Both the position numbers and the translations under genes were made by a program. A stretch of DNA of 64,000 nt from Obrimoposthia wandeli (Eukaryota), in contig CDROCS010000289.1 of NCBI GenBank assembly GCA_977020255.1, forward strand, positions 558,001 through 622,000, read 5' to 3'. The stretch's first letter is position 1. Each line of letters starts with the position of its first letter. Shown piece after piece: positions 32,411-47,167 of the stretch. Under the pieces are notes generated by a model. That model saw only the letters and a program-made list of their open reading frames with translations, was not told the origin of the DNA and ran no database searches.

Positions 32411-33734
32411 ATTTATTGTATATTCAATTGTTTTCTTATCACATTTGTATCATGTTTTTTGTCGAATTCTTCACTGTTTTAAAAATGAATTAAATTATTA
32501 AAATGTGACCTTGATTATTAAATAATGTGCAATATAACAAAATTTGAACTTCATGATAATGATCTTGAAAAATAGGCGTATTATAGTACGTTTTTAAATT
32601 TTCCCGAATAATAATTGATTCATTCAAACAAAAGCATACAAATTTAGACCAAAATTGGTCTAAAACGTACGCACTGTAACACATAATGACTTACTTTGGA
32701 GTTTGATTTTCTATAACTGTGACCTACTTTTGACATGTACCTTGAAATATGGACGTACTATAGTGCGTTTTTTAAATTTCGGCGATATTTTTAGTTATCG
32801 CAAGGGGTGGCCGCTAATCCTCACTCCCCAACTATGTTGAAACTATCAGACTTTATTTAACATCAGAAATTTAATTTTTCGTTTATATTGTGTAAGCATT
32901 TACCAGAAATGTTTTTGTACTGAATTACTTAACTCTATTTTTGTATCTATAGACTTGTTTTATCAATGTGCAAATTCATGTACTTTGAGAAGATACAATT
33001 TCTATAAAGTAGTATATTTTTTGTAGCATAATTCAGTTAATCACTTTTGATAATTTTATAAAACATGTTTATAAAATAAAAATACATTATGTTGGCCTAT
33101 ATACAAAGGATTGAATGGTCATGTACAAAAGGGACAGATTATGACGACATTACTGTAATTATCTAATTTTTTTATAAATGCAAAGACAGTACAAAAGCTT
33201 ATTAAATATATATTATTGCAAATTCTTCACATTTTAAAATATTAGTATCAAAACTATGCTTTGTTGATGTTGTTTTAAGTTATTTTTACACACATACATG
33301 AACAATACAAGAATCATTTGTATTTTTTAAATTATACGCTTCGACGTAAACAATTTTTATTTGTTCTTAATTCAAATTAGTTTATAATAAACTAAATGTT
33401 TACTTGCATTTCATTGTCTGTGGTAAAGGCCAATTAATTGAATCAACCAAATTTTATATAAAAATCATTCCACATAAGGCTATATATATATAAGCTAAGG
33501 AAATAAATCTAAACAAATATTCATCCATCCAATATGAAGGGTGTTTATATATACCATAATTATATTGGAAACTAAAATATGACCATTGCTTTTTCAGACT
33601 TATTCAAACAACTTATTATCTATCAATTTAGACATCCAAACGTTTATTAAAGACATCATTCAAGTTCAAAATAGTTAAATTGCAGATTTGAAAAATGACA
33701 AAATGAAGTATTGTAGGTTGGAAGGGATACTCAC

Positions 33735-34079
33735 GAGGGAGTTGTTGATATTGCGAGACCGGAAACGAGCGCGAATACGCAGATAAATGCGCGTGTAGAC
33801 GGTAACAACGACGAGCAGTGGTAGCAAGTACTGAACTGTGAGTGCGAGCACAGAATAGACGAGCTTGAGACGGCGGGTGGCGACATTAGGATCATACTCA
33901 GTGCAGACTTGCGGCCCGGTGGGCGTCGCGGCAGATTGGCTGGAGCTAATGGGCAACAGTGTCAGCTTGGTGAAGTAGAGCATCGGAGAGGCCACAACAA
34001 TGGCAACTGCCCAAATCAGTAGCAGTGACCAAGAACTGGCTACGTGCCGGGACGACGACCGCGTTGGGTGGATGATGAG
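33735..34079 (-). CDS. NPY/NPF-receptor-like GPCR, exon with ICL2, TM4 and TM5
   Basis: CTGCAG|CTC acceptor and CTC|GTGAGT donor; 345 nt, phase 0-0. LIIHP (follows DRY-Q), LIWAVAIVVASPM, ECL2 Cys (VCTE), YSVLALTVQYLLPL. Confidence 0.92.
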
Positions 34080-35829
34080 CTGCAGTGGATGAATGATATC
34101 TTTCAGTACAATCGCTGTATATATGAACCGTGCAATCGTTTTCTAAATTTCAATTATCTCTCTTATTTACACCTGTGGTGAAAATTATTTTTTTGATAAA
34201 TCCTATCACGTCAATATTCAGCAGATTTCGGATATATCGAATTTAAGTGTACCCTAAAAGAAGATTTATTACATTCGAAATGTAGAAATATACCTATGGA
34301 AATAGGCCAAGGTACGGCAACTAAAATATATATCGAAATATGATTAATTTAATAAAGTTCAGTTTTATTTTTTGTAATTCCAGTTAAAAATTAAATAATT
34401 TTCTAGTTGATTAGTTAAAAATAAATGTCACTGCTGATGGTACTTCTGCTTCATGAGTTTTGTCATATTAGGCTACTTTTGTGGAACTTTCTAAATGTCA
34501 TGTTTATAATTCGACAATATAATGTAATATAAATGATAGTATAGGGGCAACAAACTAAAAAAGCTCACTTCAAACTAATGTAATAGTAACTAATAAAGAT
34601 CTGAATGATGTGATCGTATTTCTCTTGAATTCGGATATTTTGGAATATACTTTTATCAGAAAGGAAGCAACTTAGTTTGTGGGATATTTCAGAAAATAGC
34701 ATGTGCCTTATGTGAAGTTAAATATGATCGCCTATTTCATCAATTTGAGGGTGTTACAAGTTTTTTATAAAATGTGTCAAACATTTCCTAACATTCGGGT
34801 GATTGGACTTCAAATTATTTAATTTATTAGAACGACAGACAACCGAACTGAATCTGTTAATCAAATACATAAATTTAAAATAACAAAAAAGGAACAACTT
34901 TTGGAAGCTTATAATTCTCTTAGCTTGTAAAGATTGCAGATAATTTAAAAATACGCTAAACTATTTATACCATTTGTTTTAGATTAAGTACAAAAGGAAT
35001 TAAAATGTTGCCATTGAGAAACGTTATTATTTATCACAATGAAAACAAAGCATTATTGGAAGTTTTCCAACAATTTTCATCGTTATTTCACCATATATTC
35101 CCTAAACGGCAAATTCACTAAATAGACTAATATGACATGTGTTTATGTAGTATTCACTGAGTACGCATGCACTTCAAGAAATAGCATGCTGTTGACATAT
35201 ACATATTAAAAACTGATCATAATAATCATAATCAAATTAGTTTTTGTTATAAAAAAATCATTTTCTTCTCCAATTTTTTAATAAGTTATAATGAATTAGG
35301 AATAGCATTATAATTCAAATACACATCGAGCTAAAGTTTATGATTTAGCACACTAGAATTTATTTTTGGAAACAGTCGCTTTTGCTACGATGAATGAGAA
35401 AATGATGATGTGGCATATAGTTAGTTATTGGTGTCCAATCATAATTTAGATTTGATTTAATTGACTCAACGAAATCAGTGACTCGTGTATTTACTTGCTG
35501 ATTTATTGAGTCTAAAATACAAAGTCATTAATCAAGAATACAGGTTCACAATATTAGTTGTGGTTGCCAACAAATATGCAGTATGTGAGTACTAAAATCT
35601 ACAAATTGTCAATCTACTCCAAATGTGTATTCTAGTATGTAATCAAAAGCTATTTTGATGGAACCAAAAATTCTTTTTTAACGGAAATTTAAAAAGTCTT
35701 ATTAAAAATAAAGATGTTTGTTTCACTATATTAAATTTTAACTAGTCAATTGACAATAATTTTCAAATGAAAAATTAAAATATGTGTAATTTTAGAATTT
35801 TAAACATATGTTTTCGAAATCAACACGAA

Positions 35830-36030
35830 AATAAGAAATCAGATTATAATCATCATAAACGTCGGGTATTGTTTTTGTTGTTGCAAATTAATCTTAAAAA
35901 CTGTGTCAAATATTTTCCATTTAAGAGTCCTATGACTTTGATGGCCTTCAGAAGATAAAAAGATTATAATTCCATGGTTGAGTGGTTCTATAATCATCCT
36001 GGGTAAAATCCAGGCTTTATGCATCATGTC
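35830..36030 (-). mobile_element. pogo-like (DDE_1) transposase fragment
   Basis: IIEPLNHGII resembles the LQPLDxGII motif. Confidence 0.35.
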
Positions 36031-36479
36031 ATAGTTTCCACAAGATATTTAATATATATTTTCGAAAGAAAAAGTTTTTTAAATGACATTTTTCCTCATC
36101 GTAACTGTCTACAAGCACTTATTTCTCTAAGTAAACTTATTCACATAATTATTTTCCATTTTGTAAGTAGTTATAACAATAATAACAACAACATCAGTAT
36201 ATTTAATAAAACACTAATATCTAATAGATCTATGATTTAATACTTAGAGGTGCTTCCTATTTTCCATTTTTTTCGTAATATTTTCTTAATACTAAAGTCT
36301 TCCGCTGCTTCTTGAATTTTTCAACTTTGTTACTGTTTTTTAGTATTCATCTGGTAATTATTGTACAGATTCAGAGCTTAAATTTCAAATATTCCATAAC
36401 TCTGTTTTTTTGAGCATTTTTACTAATCTGCAGTTATCGTCATTGCTCTTAAGATTCATTTACATGCTCTCTCTACCAG

Positions 36480-36600
36480 ACTGTATCGGATATATAAATA
36501 TTTGCGATTTCTTGAATTTACATATTTTTTATAATGAGTGGGATCCTAAATTCAATTCTGGCATTTATCGGCAGTCAATGGAGCTTCGTTAATCGTTCAC
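36480..36600 (-). mobile_element. L2-like LINE RT tail fragment
   Basis: ERLTKLH*LPINARIEFRI matches the LxxLHWLPxxxRIxFK motif. Confidence 0.55.
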
Positions 36601-37218
36601 TTGTACTAATTGCACTTTTATTTAATTTCAAAATAATCTTTACGGATTTAAAAAAAAAATTTATCGAATCGATTTAATTGATAGGATGGTATTTTAAACA
36701 GTAAACATTTTTGAAAATATACGTTGAATGTGATAATTCATTGAGAGTGCAACCAATGTTCTTTATTTTATTTTTGAATTGACATGTATGAAATCTTTTT
36801 TTATTTCAGAAAGTTAATATTATTCTAAGATCCAATTTACCAATGTTTTTTTACTATGTATTATTATTTTTTACCTTCATTTTGTTGATTTATGGAGTTT
36901 AAGTTTATGTAATATAAAATCGGATTTTCAATAGTTGTACATTTGATCTGATATAAATAAATTTCAAGTTTTCACATTACCTAAAATACTTACATTTTTT
37001 TTCATTGTTCATTTTCCAGAGGTTACTTCAGAGGTTTAATTTTTTTGACAAGAAATTCATAAAACAATTTGAATTTAAAAAATTTTTTTGAATGTGATTT
37101 CTGCTAACTTGGAGGCTTCACATTGAAAAGTAATTTTTGTAGGACTTGGTGCCGGTAAGTGCAGTATACGAAAAAATTCTCTTCACCTCTTAGTTCAGAA
37201 ATATTAAAAGTCATATTT

Positions 37219-37527
37219 TTTTTATAATACGAACCGAGTTTAAGTTTCTGTTGGCTATCCTTTTCATATCTTTACTATTTATGTGTAGTTTCCATTTTTT
37301 ATAAAATACCAAGTACAATTTAAATTTTTTATAATACGAACCGAGTTTAAGTTTCTGTTGGCTATCCTTTTCATATCTTTACTATTTATGTGTAGTTTCC
37401 ATTTTTTATAAAATACCAAGTACAATTTAAATTTTTTATAATACGAACCGAGTTTAAGTTTCTGTTGGCTATCCTTTTCATATCTTTACTATTTATGTGT
37501 AGTTTCCATTTTTATAAAATACCAAGT
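37219..37527. repeat. Tandem repeat, ~2.9 x 107 bp
   Basis: TACGAACCGAG recurs at 37228, 37335 and 37442; units differ only in T-run length. Confidence 0.95.
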
Positions 37528-37539
37528 TTTTTGAAGTTT

Positions 37540-38210
37540 TTTCTACAATTTTTCACAATTACCAAAATAATTTATTTCAAATTGAGTTTTATAATTCCCC
37601 AAAAGTTTTTAATTGGATGCCGATCTGTATAAATATCTGCCAACTAATCGCCTCTGTTTTTATTCAGCAACATATTCGAAGTACTAGATCCTCTACGAGG
37701 TGGTGTCATATTATGTTGAAAAGGGAATTTGCAGTTTGATCTATCAATCGTTTCAATATCTTTCAATATCCAAATATTTCCCCCTTTTCCACCTCCGAAT
37801 TACCAGTTTTTAGATGGATTGAAGTACTGTCAGATGGATTGAAGTACTGTCAGATGAATTCATCATATATAAAAATATTTCTTTTAACCGTGTTTTCAGT
37901 AGGACATGTTTTTTACCAGGATTTTGTAACATCTTTGACCTTATTTTATCAAAATTATCTAAACAGTTCCAGCTGATAAAATTCTTTCAGCATATTGATT
38001 GTAAATACTGCAATTTATTGTTTCCGGAAGAAGTCTGTTTTACAAAAGAAGATCTTACAATACTCATTTTATCTCGTATATTTGTTGTGATTGGCCTACC
38101 AAAAATACATGTGCCCTGATACCTTTTTCAAATACACTACATACTCTTTTTCGTAACTTCTCACTTATATTTTTCCTGTATTTCATCATTGATCTGATTC
38201 TATATTTTCA
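37540..38210 (-). mobile_element. Tc1-like transposase relic
   Basis: FQHN..PP and PIKNFWGIIK correspond to FQQDNA and NPIENxW; heavily decayed. Confidence 0.55.
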
Positions 38211-38479
38211 GAATTTTTCTTACATGTTTAAGTAAATAATAAATCTCAAATAACAAGAAAAGAAACTTCTGTAGTTTCTATTCATATTTTTTGCATCATT
38301 TTAATCCGTTATAAAAATATAATTTTTAATCCGCTATAAATAGGGTGACAAAATATTTGTTACCCTCTGTCGATTTAACATAATTGTCAGTTATTTTTTC
38401 ATTTAAACTTAAGCTGACGTTGTCAAATTTATGGTTAATGTGAATATTCAAACAAATAAACCATACAACTTTGGAATCT

Positions 38480-38578
38480 AAGTTGGATATAACCAACACA
38501 AACGCTCTCGTGTATAATCAAAAATGCCCAAATTGAGACGCACAGGTTGACACTGTCTGTATTGACTTTGCAGAATTG
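38480..38578 (+). mobile_element. CR1-like RT fragment
   Basis: TNALVY...QVDTVCIDFA, truncated before KAFD. Confidence 0.55.
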
Positions 38579-39184
38579 GGCTTCTGTCTAGTCAGAGTGA
38601 ACACAGTATCTTTCTCAGTATTTTCCCCTTTCTTTCAATTTTCCCCGATCAACTTTTACTTTCACTTATACCTATACATTCTTCTGTCAGCAGAAACTGA
38701 CTTACACTGTTCCCCAAATCTATTTTATTATCTTGCATTGTTTCTTCCAAAACATTTCCATTGTCAACTTCTTCTTCGTCATATTTGCAATTTCAGTGAA
38801 AGCGTCAGCTACAATAAATTTACATCAGAAAAAAATGTTTATAACAGTTTATTTACAGACAGAATTTATTATTTTACCACAAATCAATTTTTTATCTTCA
38901 ATTGAAAACAGTTTAAAATTTTATATCAAATATAAGTTATTATAGAAAGAAATTAAAGAAAGCAGTTTTTTTATAATACTGGGTGGACGAATTTTTGAAA
39001 ATCACAAATTTTTATCGAAGTTTTATATTGCAACATATATTATAAGAACTTATAAAATATTAATTATCCTATTAATTAATACTTGTAGCCCTTGTTGATA
39101 CACACATATCTAGAATTGGTGAAAAGTCTGTACATGTGAATCCGGACATTTCTGACGTTGAAAGCTTTTTAATGGATTACTTAA

Positions 39185-41541
39185 ACTTTCTTACGTTTGT
39201 TTATAGCCATATTTTGCTTTTGTTTACGTCTAAATCGTATACCTCCTTGGCTTTCATTTGATTTACCCTTTCTAATCAAATTTGCAACTTCAGGTAAAAT
39301 ATTATCAAGTTCATCAAGCGCATGCTTCTTTAAAGTTGATATTTATTTATTATCCTTATATGAAAGGTAGTTCTTTCCTAATTTTTATATAAATCGCAAG
39401 TCTCTTCAAAAGTAGAATAGGCAAATATACCTAATGTTCTAAGCCAGCCGGATCCATATTGTTTATCAACAAAATATGGTCATTCACAACCATGTTGGCT
39501 TTGTGTATAAACTTCAATTATTGCTGGATTCGCCATTTCGTTTTCTTAAATGTATTGTTAAACGTGTCTAGTTTGAGTTTCACATATCCATATTGATTTC
39601 AAAAGTGGTACTTGCAGTCCTCCTACAAATATTGGTTATATTAAACTAGTATATATATATATAACTGTTTAATAACATTGAAAAGTTTTGCTTGATTTTA
39701 AGCTTTTATGGTTTTTTCTGTATGGGTTTCAAACATATTTCCTGCTAGACCAAGATTTTTAGCGAATCTATCATCAAAGAAAAGCCGTTTTATATTGCTC
39801 CTTACTGTAAATGCTAACTTACCATTATCTAATGTTACACATTTATCCAAATATTCACTGAATTCCTTCATTAAAAATTTACATAAATTTACATAAATTC
39901 ACTTCACTATCTATTTTATAATCGTTTGAAATGTTTTCAGTTCCAGTACACCTTTATTTCTATTTTCAGCTAACAACGGTTTTGCTACTTTATCAGGAAC
40001 ATTTTAACCAATTTAGATGATACAATATCTCGTTTCTTATTACCTACAGTATGTTTGCTAACAAAACCGAATTGAACAGTTTCTTTTTTAGATTAAAATG
40101 TCAACCAAATATTTTTTTTGTCTATTTTCAAATATTATTTTATTATTTTCAATAAAAACTTTTTCAATTTTTACCTTCACATTTGAAATAGAATTTTCTT
40201 TCACTATGAAACCCGACAACAATAACATTTTCTTCATTATTCTTCATTTCTTTTGTAAACGAAATGTGTGAGTTTTTTTCTGATAGTAATTGGATAATAA
40301 TAAGGGAAAATTATGTTATAGCTGCTTCCCACTCTCTTTAGATATTTATAGGAAATTCCCAATCATTTATAAAGTTACTATAATCATTATGCGGCTGAGT
40401 CTTTGGACATATGTTACTAGGTAAAACCATACTCAAAGATTTCATATTATATTCGATGCTAAAATCCAAGTAGGATCTGAATAACCATGCCATTTTACAA
40501 AGTATTGTTTATGTTTACCAGGTCCATTAGATTTTAATATTTTTTGATATTATTTGTAGTCTTGCACGTAAATTTTTACGTAAAATTAATTATTATTGTC
40601 AGCATCTTTAATATAATACATTATCAGATTAATCGTTTTATCAATTTTACTTATACAAAATATTTCATCGCTTCAATTCTGAACTATATTTTTAATAAAT
40701 AGAGTTGAGCAATTGTAGAAATTCAAATATATTCGCTTTTCTTATTTTTCGTCTTTATAATATTTTCTATTTTATTCATCTTTATCCAAATATCCATAGA
40801 TTTTTTATCAGTAACATCTACTGGTTTCATTCTCTTGATATGTCTATGTTCAGAGTGATTATATGCATGCAATATTTTGGGAAAAACTTGAATTCAATTT
40901 TTATTTCCTTCTTTTGTGAAATAATTTTTTATTCGATCTTTTAAAGTACGATTAAATATTTCTACTACTGCTGCTTTGTACAGCGAAAATACCGAGTATT
41001 GATTTATATTCCGTTGTTTAAATAATGATTGAACTTATTTGTTATAAAATTCTTTTCCTAAATCAGTTTGCACATTTTGCACATAATAATATTTATGTAA
41101 TGGCTTCAAGCATAGCATTTGAAGATTTTGCTTTAAATGGAATTGCACAAGCAAACCTGCTTAATACATCAATACATGTTAAAATATATATGTATACCTT
41201 ATTAATGGAAGAATATAGAAATTACTAGCCCCACTGTTTTTTACTCTAGTTGGAAAACTTATTTTCTAACTGATCGCTTAGTCATTTCGGTGTTTTCTTG
41301 TAATTCTGTTTTGTTCATTTTGCCAATTTTTAAACTCCGGTGTAACCAATTAGATCTTTTCGATTGAACCATATCCTATTCATTACAACTATTTGAATAT
41401 ATAGAAAATTTAAGTTTAGGTAAAGAAGGGTTAGCACCCAAATCTTTAGGTGATTTTTAAAATAATTGTTTATGTCTGTGTCGCGGCTGTAATACCACTA
41501 ATACTTGAAGCAACAACTGGTATAACAGCCACTATGAAACC
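39185..41541 (-). mobile_element. Decayed Maverick relic: core ORF, minor capsid, integrase and 3' end of the QNGG ORF
   Basis: Colinear with ~1108-3680 of the first copy, with many stops and deletions. Confidence 0.95.
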
Positions 41542-43744
41542 TATCTTTAGAAACAATTAGACTCATATATTTATAAATATTATATAAATTCGGAGAAGTA
41601 GCAAGATTTTTAGAAAATTGCTTAATCCAATTTAAAAATATGTTTCCCAGAGAATTTCAGCATTATGAAACATTGAAATGAAGTTATCATGATGGGCTTG
41701 GTGATGAATATGAACTGCCAGAAAATACAAAAAAATAACGAAGAATCCACAGAACATGATGTTGAAATTAATTGGAAAAGAAATGCGATATTCAATGAAA
41801 TAACGTCATCGTGTCAAAGATGAAAAAAATGTGAAAAATGTGAAGAAAAAAAAGAAAAAAATATCAGAAATGTTTTGTTATACTGTGCAACTTGATTTTG
41901 GACAATGAGCAAACTCCCTAGAATATTACCTTAAAGTTTAAAAAGCTTTTAATATGAATCATATAGATTCGTAATGTTTTTTAACAATATAACGTTCATA
42001 ACCAATAATTTTAAAACAAAACTATTCTATTAATATTTAGGAAAATTAAGATAATAATTTCTTACGGAAATTTGCATTTAATCAACTGCGTCATTTAAGA
42101 TAAAATATGAAATAAACTGCAACTGAATTATTAATAATTTCTGTCATTATCATTTTGTTTCTTGAAACAATTACTTTCAAAGCAAAAATGAAAAAACTGT
42201 CTACAGGGAAATCGATTAAAATTTAATACAACAAATTCCAAATTGAACTCTAGTCAGTTTGTTATTTGTATTTTTAATTGATTCTAATGGAACAGCCACA
42301 GTCAATCTTTAGGAATTGAATTACAGTTTTTAGGATATCGTAAAAGCAAATAAATTTCGTTTGAAAAAGTTATTGTGATCAATTACAATTTGACAACATT
42401 AAATTTAACTTTAGACTGTTAGAATATACAATAAAATGTTTTAGAGAAATAGTTTTAATACATTTACATATAACTAAATAAGTGTAATAAGTACTATATT
42501 TAGTCATTTTTTCACACATACATGGGTAAGTATAATCTAAATCATTTTATTTATCAAATTTAAGACTGAGGTAAATTATTTTATTAGTTTTAATTAAATT
42601 TATTTAGAATTTTACATTGTTTTTAATTGTTTATAATAATATTTGTATTTATAACATGAAGGTTTACTTACATTTAATTTCCTGTAGTTGACCCAAATTA
42701 ATTGAAACATCTAAAAAAATAACAGAATGTTATATATCAGTTAAGTATAGAAATCAAAATTACTATCCATACATCGAATAGGAAGAGCGTTGAAAAATCC
42801 AAATACTCTGTACATGGAAAACGGTTGGGAAAAAAATTATTAATGAAACATAAACTGTAAATACATATAAATCTTTTTGACTATGAATAATTATTTTATA
42901 ACATTTTACCATTTACGTGTATCTATGTTTATCTCAAAATACTTTGAATTTCTTTTAAAACAGTCCACTAACAAATTATATAATTTTTTGTTGAGATTCT
43001 GAACATCCATTTTATGAGTAAAAACAATTTCCTACTCATGGAAGTGTTAATTTATTCCACACAAATTCCTGGCACATGTTTGGGCGTTTTCTCACGAACA
43101 TCAGATCTTGCATTAATGCTATATACCTGAATACGTTTTATTCAAATATTGTTACGAATGATAGGAAAAAAAATTGGAATTTTTAATAATTTCTTTATTT
43201 TCTTTTCATTAAAATATTACAATATTTCGTTGACAAAATTGGCTGCACTTTATTGATTAATGATTTTTATTTAAATAATATTATTTTTTTTTGTTTTGTT
43301 GTTAATTTGAAATGTACTTCCATCTGCTTCACTTAAATTTCTGGGCCTATTCTAGGGAGGTGGAATAAAAAACCCTAAAACTTATTTCAATAGTAAGTCA
43401 CTTTCCTAACAAGTAAAATTCATGTTTGTCACAATACACAAAGTTGCGCAATGAATTAAAATGGACAAAAATTTCACCCGAGAAACTAAAGCTCAAATAA
43501 GTAGAGACCATGCAATACGTGTGTAAATAATGAACCTGGATTTTCCTAAATAGATAATATAGCTGTTCAAAACGTTCTCTAGTCATGAAAACGTTCTTAA
43601 TAATTTGGAACAAAAACCGATGTTCGATGCTCAGGATGTCGACTTTGACAAACATTTTATTGAAGCGTAAACCAAATAATTTACGGTAAAATATCTTCAT
43701 GAAATGTTTCATGTTTGTTCAATATATCGATCAATTATAGAGTG

Positions 43745-43984
43745 TATTGTTGTGTTTTAGTCTAGTGTGTTACCAATAAACGATTTCCTACATTAGAAAA
43801 CGTTGTTTTAAACCCTTCAGATTAAGAGACGTCAAACCAAACACCTTCAGATAAGCAATAGAGATAGGCAACCATAACACTAAGTAGGCCACGACCAACT
43901 TTAAGACCTGCTTCTATTCGAACTCACGTTGGGGCCCTCCACACACAAGAGGATCTATACAAGTCTCGTATAGAAACCCCAACA
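43745..43984 (+). mobile_element. 3' fragment of the same long LTR family
   Basis: Close match to the reverse complement of 25380-25620; ends CCCCAACA. Confidence 0.9.
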
Positions 43985-44786
43985 AATTATAGAGTGATGT
44001 ATGAAGAAGTCGTTGAAGTAAATAAGTCCAAAGAATTATAAAGAAACTTTCATGCAATTTTAACTGAACAATATGTTTTATAAATTTAGATAATTTTTCA
44101 AATTTATGCAGAAATATCCCTAATTTTATACGTTATAGTTCCCAATTGTTGCAGTTTTTTCAATGCATTTTTTAGCCGCATTTAGTTTTTGTGTTGTGCC
44201 AGTTTATGACTGCATTAGGGTAATAAGGTCATAATTCAAAACGCTTTTTTAATTTCTAATTTACTTTATTGAGCTTAAATTTTAGAATCATTTAGAAAAC
44301 TCTGAATTCTAAAGACAAGAATAGCGTTATGTTCATTAAACTTTATCGTGAACATTATTTCAGAGAGAAAAAGGTGTTGAATCGAATAAATGTGATAACC
44401 CAACAATCCAAGAAAGGAAAAAATATAAATTAAGTAGAAAATGGTGGTCTTCGTTTTCATATCTTATGTTTGTTTTGAATTATTATCTACCGGAAATTAA
44501 AGTTTTCTTTTTTACAAGAAATAATGTAATTTAACATATTATTAAATGAGCAGTAGAGCCTTACAATGATACATTTGTAAGCGATGGTGGTGTAGTGTTA
44601 TACAGGCGTCGGAGGCATAGGGTTTTAAATAGCAATTTTATTCAATAAAGTGAGAAAAACAACTGACAAACATCTTTTATATTTAATATATTATACATTT
44701 AGCAATTATTTCATATTTTAAAATAAAATAACAAGCACATTCAGTTTTTTGTCGCAATTTTTGGTTGTAAATCACATTAGCACGGA

Positions 44787-45762
44787 ATGTGGCATTTCTG
44801 GAACAAAGCTTCCCTGGCGAGAGTCGTTGGAGATTCGCCAGAGCACGTCAATGACTCATCAAAACAGAGTAAAACTTTTCATCCGTCAAGCGTCTTCTGC
44901 TTTGACGTAAGTTGACATCCATGGAAAGGCATTGACATTTACTGTTGTAGACATAAACTTAACCTTAACCACTCGACCATTCTAACTCAAATAATTACTT
45001 TTATAATATTAAAATGCTTGTTTTTGTAATTACAAGTTTTTGTAAGAATTTGCATGGTATTTACATAATTGGTTTATTACTTTTAATTTATAATAAAACA
45101 ATTTTAACAAATAAAATTTTGTAATCTTGAATTTATTTGAGCTACTTTAAACTAAAATAATATAAATATATTTTTTAAAAATTGTTCAAAATTTACGAAT
45201 ATTTTTTTATGTTTAACAATTTTTATAAATTAATTACTTGAATATTTTTTTAAATGTTGGTGGTAATTAGATTTGAAAATTTTAAAAAATTCAATCAGAT
45301 TTTAAGAAATTAGGAAAATATTTTAAGTTGAAGTTTTTAAACTCTTTTAGGTCAACCCTTGAAGGTCTGACCGATGTCAGATAAAGTACAATAAGAATTT
45401 TCTTTGAAGAGTAGGGAAACAAAATGTTTGAAGGTTTTAGATCCTTGTAGGTCAAGTTTCGAAGCAAAGCCTATCAAATTTAAGAACCACCTTCGAAGCT
45501 CTGGCTAACAAAGGGACAATGTCACTACAATCGTAGGATCCCCTTAAAAGTACATATCCATCATAGTAAATGTAAAGGCATGTCAACGTATGTCAATGCA
45601 GTATATGTTTGACGGACGATGACTCATTATCTGCCATGATGGTTCATCGATGAGTTATCGTCGGTTATAATGCGTCGATCTGATGTCCGGAAATCGATGT
45701 ACTCGGGAGATTCTTGCGTCGAAAGGCTTTGTGCATGTGGCTTTGTGCCAGAAGTGCCACAT
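44787..45762. repeat. Imperfect inverted-repeat pair (possible old TIR element)
   Basis: 44787-44809 pairs with 45740-45762 (ATGTGGCA.TTCTGG.ACAAAGC), and 44882-44918 pairs with 45580-45616. Confidence 0.6.
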
Positions 45763-47167
45763 CCCTCTAACCCCATTGGACTCTTTCTGTTTAATTATCG
45801 TAATTTTATGTAATCGATATATTTGTTTAAATAATATGGTTTATCAATTCTAGAAATGACAAACATAATTTTTTAATTACGCTTCAAACAATTTCTGTTA
45901 CGTATGTGGGAAGTTTTATTCAAAATTAAGAAAACATATTCAAATTTATATATTAAGTTTATTTTGTAGTAATTTTCAATAGTTGAAGGGATAAGACAAA
46001 AGCATCAAATTTTTATTGTATCACATTCTGCACTACTATTTTAAAGTGATAACGTGAACTAAAAAATATTTAAGTAATTGTTATTTTTCGATTAAGAAGC
46101 TTTTAAGGAATGAAAAATAAATGTAATATAACCTAATTGGAAATCTGCAATGAAGTCAGATACGCATTGTTAAGAATTACCAATTCCATCTAGAATTAAG
46201 AATATTAATACTGAAAAGTTTATTACAGAATTCATTAAATCTGATGATGATGACTTTGTTATGACGTTATATAAAAATATGTATAGAATAATTCACAAGA
46301 AAATAAGATCTAGACCGTGATTCAGATTTACAAAAAGGGAAATCAAAGAATTTATAAATAGGAAATTAATTGAATTAAATATTTTAATATACTTGACAAA
46401 GTTTGTGTATGTACAAATATCAATGGTCTAATGGTCAATTTCTATGATCACTACTGTAAAGATATTTAGATATTATTTGATTACTTTTTACAGAATATTT
46501 TGATAGTTAATAAAGCGGAGCTGATATAAATAAAAATATGGGGAGTATCTTCTTATTTACAACCGGAAGTGGGACTCTTTCCGGTGACTATTCTCATTAT
46601 ACTTAGCAATAAATCAGTCCATCTTTGATAAGAGAAATAAACATCTTTACAAGCTTTTGGTGTTCTGTGACATAAGATTTCTAAGCTTATGATGCTTAGA
46701 AAGTTAAATTAATATTTGTTTCATGTTTAAGAAATTAAAAGAATTCAGCTTTGAAATACATAAGATGAGCCAATAAATTATCAACATGAAACTCTCCAAA
46801 ACGTCAGATGAATTGATTTATCTGCAACTGAATAAATATTTTAGCGACAATAAAACTTTGGCTGGTCATTAAACTTTCATGACTTGAATTTAATTAACCT
46901 TATTTTATAAATTAAGAAAGTTGATTCTAACATTGAGGCTAATTAATTCTTTTGGGAATTTTAAATTTGAAGGTTGCAACTGTATTCGAGAGAATTGATA
47001 CATGTGACTATCTAAAAACAATTTTTAAAAATTAAAAATGCTCGTATGGGGAAAAATGTAAATAAAATGTGATTACTCAACTTTAGGTTCACTATTACAA
47101 CAATTTGAATATATATAAAATTTAAGTAAGGAAAGGATAGCACTCATATCTTAAGTGATTTTAAAAA

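Noticed and set aside
28680-35000. Faint hAT-like (28680-28960, minus) and MULE-like (34560-35000, plus) peptide fragments
   Set aside because: Each rests on one short degenerate motif; a profile search is needed.
41542-41880. Possible piggyBac C-terminal Cys-rich fragment abutting the Maverick relic
   Set aside because: Only a partial CxxC pattern with several frameshifts; too weak to list as a feature.
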